A program made the position numbers and the translations under genes. Under the pieces are notes generated by a model that saw only the letters and a program-made list of their open reading frames with translations, was not told the origin of the DNA and did not search any database. Positions 1 through 7,541 of a stretch of DNA of 38,151 bases are shown here, piece by piece. This DNA is from a virus (Duplodnaviria > Caudoviricetes), in IMG/VR virus record IMGVR_UViG_3300012914_000005, positions 1-38,151 of that record, one strand, 5' to 3'. How positions within the stretch are numbered: position 1 is the stretch's first letter; each line of letters opens with the position of its first letter.

Positions 1-73
1 GGCCTTAAAAACGCCGGCCGGAAAATCCATAACTATCATGATCATTTTGAGTTCTGAGTTATGGATTCTGAAC

Positions 74-102
74 TTGTGCATTGCTCTTGCAACTGTTACA
101 CT
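74..102 (+). promoter_or_regulatory. sigma-A-like promoter (leaderless) for the methyltransferase-like gene
   Basis: TTGTGC (74-79), 17 nt spacer, extended -10 TGn-TACACT (97-102); ATG at 109 lies 6 nt downstream with no SD. Confidence 0.55.
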
Positions 103-108
103 CAAGCT

Positions 109-771
109 ATGCCTCGCTTACTAGATCTCTTCGCACGTGCACAAGGAACAAGCGTTGGCTATGCACGTGCAGGGTATGAGGTCACAGCATCTGACATAGC
201 TACATACCCTAAGCATCCTGAGGTACACGCATGGGTTACTGCTGATGCGTTCGACATACTCAAGGATGTGGAGTACTGCCAACAGTTCGACATCATCGCT
301 CTGTCTCCCAACTGTGAGGGGTACTCCTCCCTGCAGTACCTACCTACCTCTACCCCTGTACCCCAACAGATACACCTCGTGCGCCCATTACTACAGCGTA
401 TAGGTAAGCCCTATGTCATAGAGAATGTGGCATTAGCGCGTTGGGCCATGATCAACCCCATACGTATGTGTGGTAGTGCATTCAACCTGGGGTCTATGTG
501 CAGAGACGGTAACTACAGACAGCTGAGACGACACCGATTGTTCGAATCGAACATCCCTCTGAACTACCCCTTCGGCTGCACCCATGCCCCCCTGACAGGT
601 GGGGTGTACGGCACAGGTGGGGGTGGCCCCCAGACCAGGGGATACCGATTCTGGCCGGAGGAAGCCCGTACAGCAATGGGCATTGATTGGATGGGTCGAG
701 AGGACATCTGTAAGGCCATTCCCCCGGTGTACACCGAAACCATCGGCCGATATCTGCTCAACCGAATTTAG
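109..771 (+). CDS. C5 cytosine DNA methyltransferase-like protein (short phage type)
   Basis: RLLDLF start (motif I, degenerate FARAQG), SPNC (motif IV), YVIENV (motif VI), RHRLFE and KAIPPVYT..IG, typical of short actinophage DNA methylases; ATG 109 preferred over 61. Confidence 0.75.
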   Translation: MPRLLDLFARAQGTSVGYARAGYEVTASDIATYPKHPEVHAWVTADAFDILKDVEYCQQFDIIALSPNCEGYSSLQYLPTSTPVPQQIHLVRPLLQRIGKPYVIENVALARWAMINPIRMCGSAFNLGSMCRDGNYRQLRRHRLFESNIPLNYPFGCTHAPLTGGVYGTGGGGPQTRGYRFWPEEARTAMGIDWMGREDICKAIPPVYTETIGRYLLNRI

Positions 772-780
772 GAGAAGATC

Positions 781-966
781 ATGGAACTGATGAGCCTCAA
801 GGATTTCGGCATTGCGGCCGGCCGCAATGCGACCACGATTCAGTCCTGGATCAGCCGGGGTCAGCACGAGATCCCGGAGCCTCTGGGCCGGTGCTCCGCT
901 GGGTCGATCTGGCGAGCCGAGGACATTCACCGGTGGGTCAGGGGTCACCCGGAATTGTGCCGCTAG
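781..966 (+). CDS. small AlpA/excisionase-like HTH DNA-binding protein
   Basis: 61 aa; AGGAG RBS; HTH-like LMSLKDFG..TIQSW followed by PEP...IW..EDI..W. Confidence 0.65.
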   Translation: MELMSLKDFGIAAGRNATTIQSWISRGQHEIPEPLGRCSAGSIWRAEDIHRWVRGHPELCR

Positions 967-1295
967 AAATCGTCGATCGAGACGTAGAGCCCCAACCGTA
1001 GCGGGCTGGGGCTCTTTCGTTCTTTGTCTCGGTTGCACTGGGCATGGCTGGCCTGCAGGTTGGACCGCACCTCGGCCAGCTCCGGGTGCGTCCTGGCCGG
1101 CCGGATGTGGTCGGCCTGGAACGCCATCGGGTCGCCCTTGCGCCGCCACGCCTCGATCTCCTGGCCGCACAGGGCGCAGATGGGTTCTTCCCGCTTGACG
1201 ATGGCGCAGAGCCGCCAGTAGGTCTGTGAGCGGGGCGTGAAGCGGCTCACCAGATCGGCCGGCCCCGGTCCAGCCGGTGACCGAGGACCAGCCAC
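963..1295 (-). CDS. HNH endonuclease (cos-cleavage/terminase accessory type)
   Basis: CALCG...ADHIRP...NLQASHAQCNRDK; near the genome end and co-oriented with terminase. Confidence 0.9.
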   Translation of the reverse strand: MAGPRSPAGPGPADLVSRFTPRSQTYWRLCAIVKREEPICALCGQEIEAWRRKGDPMAFQADHIRPARTHPELAEVRSNLQASHAQCNRDKERKSPSPLRLGLYVSIDDF

Positions 1296-1492
1296 TCAGG
1301 ATGCCGGGCGTACCCCTCGGCCATGGTGATCCCCCGCTTCCAGCACCGCATATGGACCATTCTGCAGTGCTTGCAGACCCGGGCCTGGTTCTGGCCTGAA
1401 ACCAGGGTGTTCTCCGGGGTGTACGGGTGGCCCCACGGGCAGTGGTCGGCCTGGACCGGTGCGAACTGCCCCGTTGCGTTCCGGTGCCTCAC
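1247..1492 (-). CDS. small Zn-binding protein (CPxGHPYTPENT...CxxC domain seen appended to actinophage HNH proteins)
   Basis: HCPWGHPYTPENT...RVCKHC; GTG 1492 overlaps the upstream stop (GTGA). Confidence 0.6.
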   Translation of the reverse strand: MRHRNATGQFAPVQADHCPWGHPYTPENTLVSGQNQARVCKHCRMVHMRCWKRGITMAEGYARHPEWLVLGHRLDRGRPIW

Positions 1493-1602
1493 GTCAGGAC
1501 CAGGCCCTCGTACCAGCCACAGGCGTTGGCGGTCAGGTTCAGCAGGGCCAGGCTGTAGGTGACCCGCCACATGCACTTCACGTAGGTACTGAAAGTGTCC
1601 AT
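1489..1602 (-). CDS. 37 aa hypothetical protein (MDTFSTYVKCMWRV...)
   Basis: GAAAGGA RBS before ATG 1602; GTGA coupling to the next gene; below the ORF-track cutoff. Confidence 0.55.
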   Translation of the reverse strand: MDTFSTYVKCMWRVTYSLALLNLTANACGWYEGLVLT

Positions 1603-1628
1603 GGTGCACGTCCTTTCGTCTACGGCGC

Positions 1629-1725
1629 GTCAGCAGGTCGGTCGGACCATCGCGCCGACCCATGCACTGTGCCCAGGAGGTGACCCGCCAGCCTTGAACG
1701 GCTGTATACCGGGTGACCTGCTGAC
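1629..1725 (-). ncRNA. structured RNA unit C (GUCAGCAGG-closed multibranch)
   Basis: 11 bp closing stem GTCAGCAGGTC/GACCTGCTGAC enclosing hairpins CAGCC-GTTCAA-GGCTG (on ACCCG/CGGGT) and GGTCGG-CGCGATGGT-CCGACC. Confidence 0.6.
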
Positions 1726-1732
1726 CGCCCGT

Positions 1733-1792
1733 ACGCTGCCCAGGGCTTGAACCTGGCCTCCCTTTCCGGGGCTCACCGACGAGCTACAGCGC
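1733..1792 (-). ncRNA. tRNA-like RNA with a vestigial anticodon arm
   Basis: acceptor GCGCTGT/GCAGCGT, D arm GCTC-GTCGGT-GAGC, mini arm CCC-GGAAA-GGG, T arm CCAGG-TTCAAGC-CCTGG; no encoded CCA. Confidence 0.75.
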
Positions 1793-1796
1793 TACC

Positions 1797-1852
1797 GTCA
1801 GCAGCTTTCCGGACCGGCTCCGGGGGCCTCGGTACCATCGGCCCCTGCTGAC
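1797..1852 (-). ncRNA. structured RNA unit B (three-way junction)
   Basis: GTCAGCAG/CTGCTGAC closing stem enclosing GGGCC/GGCCC and CCGGA/TCCGG hairpins. Confidence 0.6.
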
Positions 1853-1857
1853 TACGC

Positions 1858-1915
1858 ACAACGGCGGAGATTCGAACTCCCGAGGTGTCGAGCACCTGTG
1901 ACCAGCATCCGTTGC
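1858..1915 (-). ncRNA. degenerate tRNA-like RNA
   Basis: acceptor GCAACGG/CCGTTGT, unpaired TGG-containing D-like segment, AGGTG-CTCGA-CACCT hairpin, T arm GGAG-TTCGAAT-CTCC. Confidence 0.65.
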
Positions 1916-1943
1916 TCCACACCGGCTGCAGTCCAGTGCTTCG

Positions 1944-1996
1944 GTCAGGAGGAGTTTCTCCGGGCTGAGCCTCAGTCCGGGCTGGTTCCTGCTGAC
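1944..1996 (-). ncRNA. structured RNA unit A, starting at the predicted TSS
   Basis: begins GTCAGCAGG and ends TCCTGAC (imperfect closing stem); inner CTGA/TCAG and GGAG-AAA-CTCC hairpins. Confidence 0.45.
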
Positions 1997-2487
1997 ATGT
2001 CCATAGTGGCATCTCTGTCTAGAGCTGTCAACACCCGGGGCGCCGGCGGGTCAATCAGATACCGGGCCAGCCGGATGCCGACCTCAGGCCGGTCGCCGAT
2101 GTAGCCCAGGTAGCGGTTGCACGTGCTGCAGAGAATGCCCCGCACGGTCTCCCGCTTCGGGAAGCCCCGTCGCTCCAGCTCGTGATCATGATCCACCGCC
2201 CCCGCCTTGACCACCCCGACTCGGCGTAGGCAGATCGCGCACCTGCCTCGCTGTGTGGCCTTCAGAGCCTCCACTTCCTCGGTGAGCCACCCGTACAGCC
2301 GCTTCACCGTGCTGGCCCGGCCCTGGGTGCGCCGACGCCGTTTCCGGGCGTACCAGCACGCTCGGCAGAGACCGTCCAGGTGGGTCAACCGGTGCCCGTG
2401 GCCCTCGGTGGAGCACCCCCGGGGCCGGTCATCAGAACTCATAACTCGTAACTCATAAGTCATCCCATCACTTATAACTTGTGCCAT
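1972..2487 (-). CDS. recombination endonuclease VII family protein
   Basis: QRGRCAIC...VDHDH...VRGILCSTCNRYLG signature; the true start may be ATG 2442. Confidence 0.9.
   Translation of the reverse strand: MAQVISDGMTYELRVMSSDDRPRGCSTEGHGHRLTHLDGLCRACWYARKRRRRTQGRASTVKRLYGWLTEEVEALKATQRGRCAICLRRVGVVKAGAVDHDHELERRGFPKRETVRGILCSTCNRYLGYIGDRPEVGIRLARYLIDPPAPRVLTALDRDATMDMSAGTSPD
2003..2031 (-). promoter_or_regulatory. sigma-A-like promoter of the ncRNA array, with an operator-like box
   Basis: TTGACA (2031-2026), 17 nt, CACTAT (2008-2003); spacer holds TCTCTGTCTAGAG, also present at 15255-15267. Confidence 0.75.
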
Positions 2488-2700
2488 AACTTATACCGCC
2501 TACTCTCTGTGCCCAAGGTGACTCTCTGTACCTACTTATCAAAAATGGCTCGTTTCCCGGATGTTGATAAGTGATAAGTTGATAAGTGGACATACTGGTA
2601 CTTATCAACTACTTATCATTTATCACTTATCAGGAACACGAGGATTCTTGATAAGTAGTCCTGATACGTAGACTTGTGGGGCGGTCCAGTAACTTATGCC
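2440..2700. repeat. AT-rich iteron cluster, probable replication origin
   Basis: eight ACTTATC/GATAAGT heptamers in both orientations (2534, 2566, 2573, 2581, 2600, 2611, 2625, 2650) plus variants, at the 3' end of the primase-helicase gene. Confidence 0.75.
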
Positions 2701-4818
2701 GTCCACCTTGGAGGGCTCGATACCCATAGCCTTACGGGCCCGCTGCACCGTGGCGAACGAGTGCCCGGCCTCCTTCGCCACGTCGACCACCAGGGCCGCC
2801 GGCGACGTCCCGTGGTCGGCCAGGTAGTCCAACAACCACTGCCCGGCGGCGCCGGACTTGGTGGTCTTGCGCTTGGGCGCCTCGTCCGCCACGGAGTCGG
2901 TCACGTTGTTCTGAATCAACACCGGCTCCATCTCGATCTTGCTGGAGCGGATCGGCTTGCCCAGCTCGTGATCCGTCCCGGTGATCACCCCGACGATCCG
3001 GTACCGGATACTGGCCATCACCTTGGGCCCGAGGTTCGACTTCAGCTGACCGAACACGAACGACCGCCCGGTATCGCCGGCAGAGCCGAAGTCCTCCTCG
3101 TCCGGTTCCTCGTCCTCGGCCTCCTCCGCACACAACAGCACCGCCCGGGCCACCGCCGAGAAGGCCCGCGACCCCATCAGCCGGGTGAGGATGTCCGAGC
3201 CCGTGGACTTGTTCTGATGGATCAGCCCGATCACGGTCAGCTGCAGATCGGCGGCCAGCCGGCTCAGCGGCTCCAGCGCTTTGCGCACGTCCGAGTCCTT
3301 GTGGGTGTCCAGCGACCCGCCCACGGTGCTGAGCAGGGGGTCCAGCAGGATCAGCGCCACCTCGTAGCGCTCACACCCCTCTCGCAGTGCTGCGATGTCC
3401 TGGACCAGGCTCATTCCCCGCAACACCCCGTCCGCTTCGGCGATGTCGACCCGGGCCACCCGGTGCAAATCGGCCCCCGCCGCCAGCAGCCGGGGCTGAA
3501 TCGTCTGCTCCCAGGCATCCTCGGTCGCAGCGATCACCACCGACCGCGGGATGCCGAAGTAGTCGCCGGCCAGCGTCCCCCGGGTGATCTGGGCCGCCAG
3601 CCAGAACGCCAGCGTGGACTTGCCGACGCCCTCACGCCCGCCCAGCAGGACCAGACCGCCCAGAGGCACCCACTGGTGCCCGTCCTCCTCCCATAGCCAG
3701 CGAGAGGCTCGCTGGGCGAGGCTGGAAGCCCAGGTGAACCTCATGCCCGGCCCGGCCTGCACGGCCAGCGGGGCTACAGCGGGTTCTCCCGGCTCATCGG
3801 TGCCCGGGTCACCGAACGCATCCGGCTCCGGGGTGAAGTTCGTCAGCGGCGCCTCGTAGGTCCGCACCGCCACCGTGGCTGCCCGCTGACCATGGTCCTC
3901 GTTCTCGACCTGGCCGAGGGCCCAGAGGCTGATGCCGTCGAACTCCCGCACCGCCTCATCCTCGGACCGGACCGATCCTGACCCCAGATCCTCGCGCCCG
4001 ACCGCGTCCAGGAACAGCGCTCGCAGCGTCTCCTCCGCCCAGGCGAACGGATACACCCCCGCCAGAGCGTCCCGGTAGGCGAACGAGGCGACCTCGGTCA
4101 TAGCGACGTGCCGGGACTGCCCCTCGGTCATCAGCCGCTCCCAGCGGGTCAGCGGGCCCCGGCGGAACAGCTCCGGATCGATCGACCCGGTGACCGCTCC
4201 CCGCAGCTGCAGCAGTCGCCCGGCTGAGGCTGGGTCCAGCTCCGGGGCCGCGTCCCGGAGCTGTTCGGCCAGCACGCCCGGTAGCTCCGGCACCGGTCCG
4301 GCGCGCAACCACCGGTAGATCCCTCCGTTGCCATGGTGGACATGCTGGCTGGGTTCGACCACGATCACCCCGTTCCGGCCCCGGACCTCACCCCACCCCT
4401 TGCCCAGGCCACCGATCGAGTTACCGATGTCGCGCCCGGCCGGCTGGGTGAACAGGTAGTGGCCGCGGTAGACACCGGCGGTCCGCCAGGACTCGGGCCT
4501 GGTCAGCTGGACCGGACCGGTGTGCGCTCGCAGCACCTCGGCCAGCGGCCCCACCACCTTGGACGGGTGGTCGACGTCCAGCGCCACCGCCCCGGACCGG
4601 CCCATGTGCAGGAATACGGCAGCCTGGGGCCACCTAGCCCACCACGTGCGGATCTGCTCCGGGTCCCGGGACGTCTGGCGCTGCCACCCGGCACCGAGCA
4701 GTCCGCCGGGGTTCTTGGCCCGGTCAGCGTCGTAGGGCCCGACGTACCAGCCAGCCGCGGCGTAGAGCTCAGCGGCGTAGGCGACCGGGGCGCCGGTGGG
4801 AATCTGCGGAATGATCAT
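2623..4818 (-). CDS. bifunctional primase/polymerase (Prim-Pol) fused to an AAA_25/RepA-type helicase
   Basis: N-term GW.V.P, VALDVD, GHYLF, VRGRNGVIVVEPS; C-term Walker A GREGVGKS, Walker B LILLDP, IHQNK, GS; ATG 4818 overlaps the upstream stop. Confidence 0.9.
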   Translation of the reverse strand: MIIPQIPTGAPVAYAAELYAAAGWYVGPYDADRAKNPGGLLGAGWQRQTSRDPEQIRTWWARWPQAAVFLHMGRSGAVALDVDHPSKVVGPLAEVLRAHTGPVQLTRPESWRTAGVYRGHYLFTQPAGRDIGNSIGGLGKGWGEVRGRNGVIVVEPSQHVHHGNGGIYRWLRAGPVPELPGVLAEQLRDAAPELDPASAGRLLQLRGAVTGSIDPELFRRGPLTRWERLMTEGQSRHVAMTEVASFAYRDALAGVYPFAWAEETLRALFLDAVGREDLGSGSVRSEDEAVREFDGISLWALGQVENEDHGQRAATVAVRTYEAPLTNFTPEPDAFGDPGTDEPGEPAVAPLAVQAGPGMRFTWASSLAQRASRWLWEEDGHQWVPLGGLVLLGGREGVGKSTLAFWLAAQITRGTLAGDYFGIPRSVVIAATEDAWEQTIQPRLLAAGADLHRVARVDIAEADGVLRGMSLVQDIAALREGCERYEVALILLDPLLSTVGGSLDTHKDSDVRKALEPLSRLAADLQLTVIGLIHQNKSTGSDILTRLMGSRAFSAVARAVLLCAEEAEDEEPDEEDFGSAGDTGRSFVFGQLKSNLGPKVMASIRYRIVGVITGTDHELGKPIRSSKIEMEPVLIQNNVTDSVADEAPKRKTTKSGAAGQWLLDYLADHGTSPAALVVDVAKEAGHSFATVQRARKAMGIEPSKVDGISYWTAPQVYVSGLLIKNPRVPDK

Positions 4819-5345
4819 CGCAGCATCCACTCCGGAGCCGGGGTGGTCCCACCGACCAGCCGGTAGGCGCCCTGTCCGGCCAGTTCGGCGGGCGGAACCA
4901 GAACGTAGTGATCACCAGAGAGCAAAGTCCATTCTGCTCCGGCCATCGTCCCGGGCCCAGGGTGACCTTCCGGCAGGGTGAACCACCAATCCCCGATACC
5001 GTCCGGGCCCTGGACGCTCATCCCCGGCGCCGCCGGCATCGTCAGCACCGCCAGACCGGATCGTCCCAGGTGGAGGCCGATATTGGCCCCCTCGTGCTCC
5101 CAGTTCTTGACGATGGCGCTCACCCTGGAAGGGTTGTCGATCACGTGGTTGGCCCCGCACAGGTGGTCAGGGTCACGCTTGCGTTGGGTCGGGGTGAGGA
5201 TGCATCCGGGCGTAGCGGTGCCGGGCAGGCACAGCACCGGGGACCACCCGGCCCGGACGATCGCTCTGATGTGCTCGGTCAGGTGGCCGGCGATGTGGCT
5301 GGGAGCCCCGCCGAACACAGAAGCGAACTGGTCAACGCCGATCAT
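4815..5345 (-). CDS. degenerate stand-alone Prim-Pol-like domain protein
   Basis: GWSPV..., ANIGLHLGRSGLAVL, YVLVPP, GAYRL match the Prim-Pol scaffold, but the DxD is missing. Confidence 0.65.
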   Translation of the reverse strand: MIGVDQFASVFGGAPSHIAGHLTEHIRAIVRAGWSPVLCLPGTATPGCILTPTQRKRDPDHLCGANHVIDNPSRVSAIVKNWEHEGANIGLHLGRSGLAVLTMPAAPGMSVQGPDGIGDWWFTLPEGHPGPGTMAGAEWTLLSGDHYVLVPPAELAGQGAYRLVGGTTPAPEWMLR

Positions 5346-5572
5346 TCTTCATCCTCACAGTACGTGCACGATTCGTAGACGCTGCAGCCACACTCGCTCC
5401 GGGGTAGGTCGATCGGGCCGATGAACCCCACCGGCCTGGTCCATGACCATCTGCCGTCGTTGTGGGGTTTCTGCCAGCCATCCGGACCTGGCATGTCGTG
5501 GTTCGGGTGCGCTCTTACGGTGCAGACATGGCTGCTACCAGCGAATTCCGCTGTGGTGCCGCAGACCTTCAT
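5342..5572 (-). CDS. 76 aa Cys/His-rich hypothetical protein
   Basis: TAATG coupling with polymerase and ATGA coupling with the downstream gene. Confidence 0.6.
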   Translation of the reverse strand: MKVCGTTAEFAGSSHVCTVRAHPNHDMPGPDGWQKPHNDGRWSWTRPVGFIGPIDLPRSECGCSVYESCTYCEDEE

Positions 5573-7473
5573 TACGCTTTCCCCCAACGGTTTCCGAGGT
5601 GCTTGAGGTCGGTACGGATCACCGGAACACGCCCGGCCAGTTCGACCAGCCGAGGGTGCGGTGTTTCCATCAGTCGTTGCACGTCTCTCGAAACCTCTCT
5701 GTCGCAAATGATTTCGTCATGCATACCCCACTTGAGTTGCATCCCGTACCCGGCCCGGCGCGCCTGGACGATGGTCCAGTGCAGCTCAGCCGAGGCCGAT
5801 CCCGAGGTGTTGTAGTTCGGCCACTTGTGGGCCTGGACAGACCATTCGCCGTTGTAGGTGCCCGAGGGGATCGGCACAATCCGGCCGTCCATGCACCACG
5901 CCACCCGGTGCTCACGAGCGATCTGCTTGCCCTGCTTGAGGAACCCGGCGGTCCGGGGCATCGCACCGAACACCTGGGCCTGCAGATCCTTCGCCGCGGC
6001 ATACCCGTAGTGGGCCTCCACCACCTTGCCCCACCGCACCGACTCCGGCATCCAGGGGTCGAACGGCAGGCCCAGGTCGATGCTCAGTTTCTTGACGCCC
6101 TCACCATACAGCCCAGCCAGGACAACGACTTTCGCCATGTCCAACGGGATCTCCGCGTAGTCGGCGATGCCCTGGTAGATCTTGGTGCCGTGGTTCTCGT
6201 AGTCCAGCAGGGGCCGGCCGATGTCGCCGGCCAGGTTCATGATCACCCGAGGTTCCTGCTGCGACCAGTCGACCGAGGTGAACTCCCGGCCCGGGTCGGC
6301 GATCATGATCGCCCGGGCGTCACCGGGGAACTGGTGCACCGGCGGGTCCGCCATGGCGTCCCGGCCGTGCGCCGCCTTGTAGACCGTGGTGGTGGGGTGG
6401 ATGCGGCCGTTCACATCGGCCATGTCCCGGCACTTTTCGAGGTATCCCAGCATCTTCTCGTTCTCGGCCACCAGGGCCCAGACCCGGGCCAGCGGGTGAC
6501 TCAGGAGAGCGACGTCGTCCTGGGCGGTACCCAGCTTGCCGCCGGTCTCTTTCCCGGTCTTCTCGTTGATCTTGACCGGGGTCCGGCGGTGATCGGCGGG
6601 TACCTCCCCGATCGAGTCCAGGTAGCTCAACAGCCGGTTGCCGTTGCTGATCCCGTAGGACGTCAGGATGCCCCGGCCCCGCTGGGTGCGGTCCAGCACC
6701 TTGTTCTGGTACTGCTGCAGGTAGTCCGGGTCGTACAGCACGCCGTCCAGGGTGCGCTCCAGTGCCCAGCGGTTCGCCTCGTGGGCCTGGGCGACCAGAT
6801 CCTCCGCCCCGGCCCGGGACAGGCCGATACGGTCGCCGAACGGGTGGTTCAGCTGGCGCTCCACCGCGGCTTTGTGGACCAGCGGCCAGACCAGCGCGGT
6901 GGCGATCCCGTCCGATCCGGCACCCATCAGGTAGGCCGGAGAGTCGATGTCCAGGTGGAGGAACCCCTCGGTCTTGCTGGAGTACCCCATGGCCTTAAAC
7001 AGGTGCTGGATCGGCTTGGACTCGGTGCCGAGGTAGCGCTTGCAACAGGCGTCCAGGTCCCGCGGTGTGGTGTCTCCTGGTTCGGCCAGCCGGGCCAGCA
7101 GCAGGGTACAAACGATCTTATCGACGTGCTCGTGGACCAGCATCCGGTTCAGGTACAGGCTGAGCGCGTCGAACTCTGCCTTGTGCATGATCAGCGTGCT
7201 GGCGTAGTCCAGGGCTCGCCGGATCTCTGCAGCCTGGCCCGGGACCCGGGGGTTCAGCACCACGGCGGATCGATTGGTCGAGAGGATCACGCACTTGATC
7301 CGGCCCGGTCCGGCATCCTTGCCGATCCCGAACGTCTCGATGTCGACCACCAACGGACAGGGCCCGTTGCGGAAGATCTGGGCCAGCTCATCCACCCCGG
7401 CCTGGCCGGCCGTGACCGTGGTCCCGGGGAACCCGGGCAGGGGCAATGTTTCGGAAAAAGCAAAATCAGGCAT
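5572..7473 (-). CDS. polA: family A DNA polymerase with 3'-5' exonuclease domain
   Basis: ExoI VVDIET, ExoII HKAEFD, motif A DWSQQEPR, motif B AKVVVLAGLYG, motif C MHDEI. Confidence 0.93.
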   Translation of the reverse strand: MPDFAFSETLPLPGFPGTTVTAGQAGVDELAQIFRNGPCPLVVDIETFGIGKDAGPGRIKCVILSTNRSAVVLNPRVPGQAAEIRRALDYASTLIMHKAEFDALSLYLNRMLVHEHVDKIVCTLLLARLAEPGDTTPRDLDACCKRYLGTESKPIQHLFKAMGYSSKTEGFLHLDIDSPAYLMGAGSDGIATALVWPLVHKAAVERQLNHPFGDRIGLSRAGAEDLVAQAHEANRWALERTLDGVLYDPDYLQQYQNKVLDRTQRGRGILTSYGISNGNRLLSYLDSIGEVPADHRRTPVKINEKTGKETGGKLGTAQDDVALLSHPLARVWALVAENEKMLGYLEKCRDMADVNGRIHPTTTVYKAAHGRDAMADPPVHQFPGDARAIMIADPGREFTSVDWSQQEPRVIMNLAGDIGRPLLDYENHGTKIYQGIADYAEIPLDMAKVVVLAGLYGEGVKKLSIDLGLPFDPWMPESVRWGKVVEAHYGYAAAKDLQAQVFGAMPRTAGFLKQGKQIAREHRVAWCMDGRIVPIPSGTYNGEWSVQAHKWPNYNTSGSASAELHWTIVQARRAGYGMQLKWGMHDEIICDREVSRDVQRLMETPHPRLVELAGRVPVIRTDLKHLGNRWGKA

Positions 7474-7541
7474 CTGAGCTGTACACTTCCTTCGTCTCGC
7501 GGATGAGGCCCGGTTGGTGGAGTGTCGTCTCCCCGGTAAAG

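Noticed and set aside
1620-1860. Self-cleaving ribozyme (theta/HDV-like or hammerhead) downstream of the tRNA-like units
   Set aside because: I could not build the HDV nested double pseudoknot or find a CUGANGA/GAAA core by eye; an Infernal search would settle it
1733-1915. Calling the two tRNA-like elements functional tRNA genes
   Set aside because: Neither has a 7 nt anticodon loop on a 5 bp stem and both are only ~60 nt; annotated as ncRNA instead
1629-1996. CRISPR array or mini-array
   Set aside because: The repeat is only 9 nt, pairs with a downstream complement, spacing is irregular, and no cas operon is present
1773-2012. 79 aa minus-strand ORF across the ncRNA array
   Set aside because: It starts inside the promoter upstream of the predicted TSS, has no RBS and no recognisable protein features
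5572-7473. Modified-base (e.g. Z-genome) system implied by the divergent polymerase
   Set aside because: No purZ, dATPase or other nucleotide-modification genes were recognised in the genome
5443-7506. 687 aa plus-strand ORF
   Set aside because: Antisense shadow of the DNA polymerase, expected in high-GC DNA
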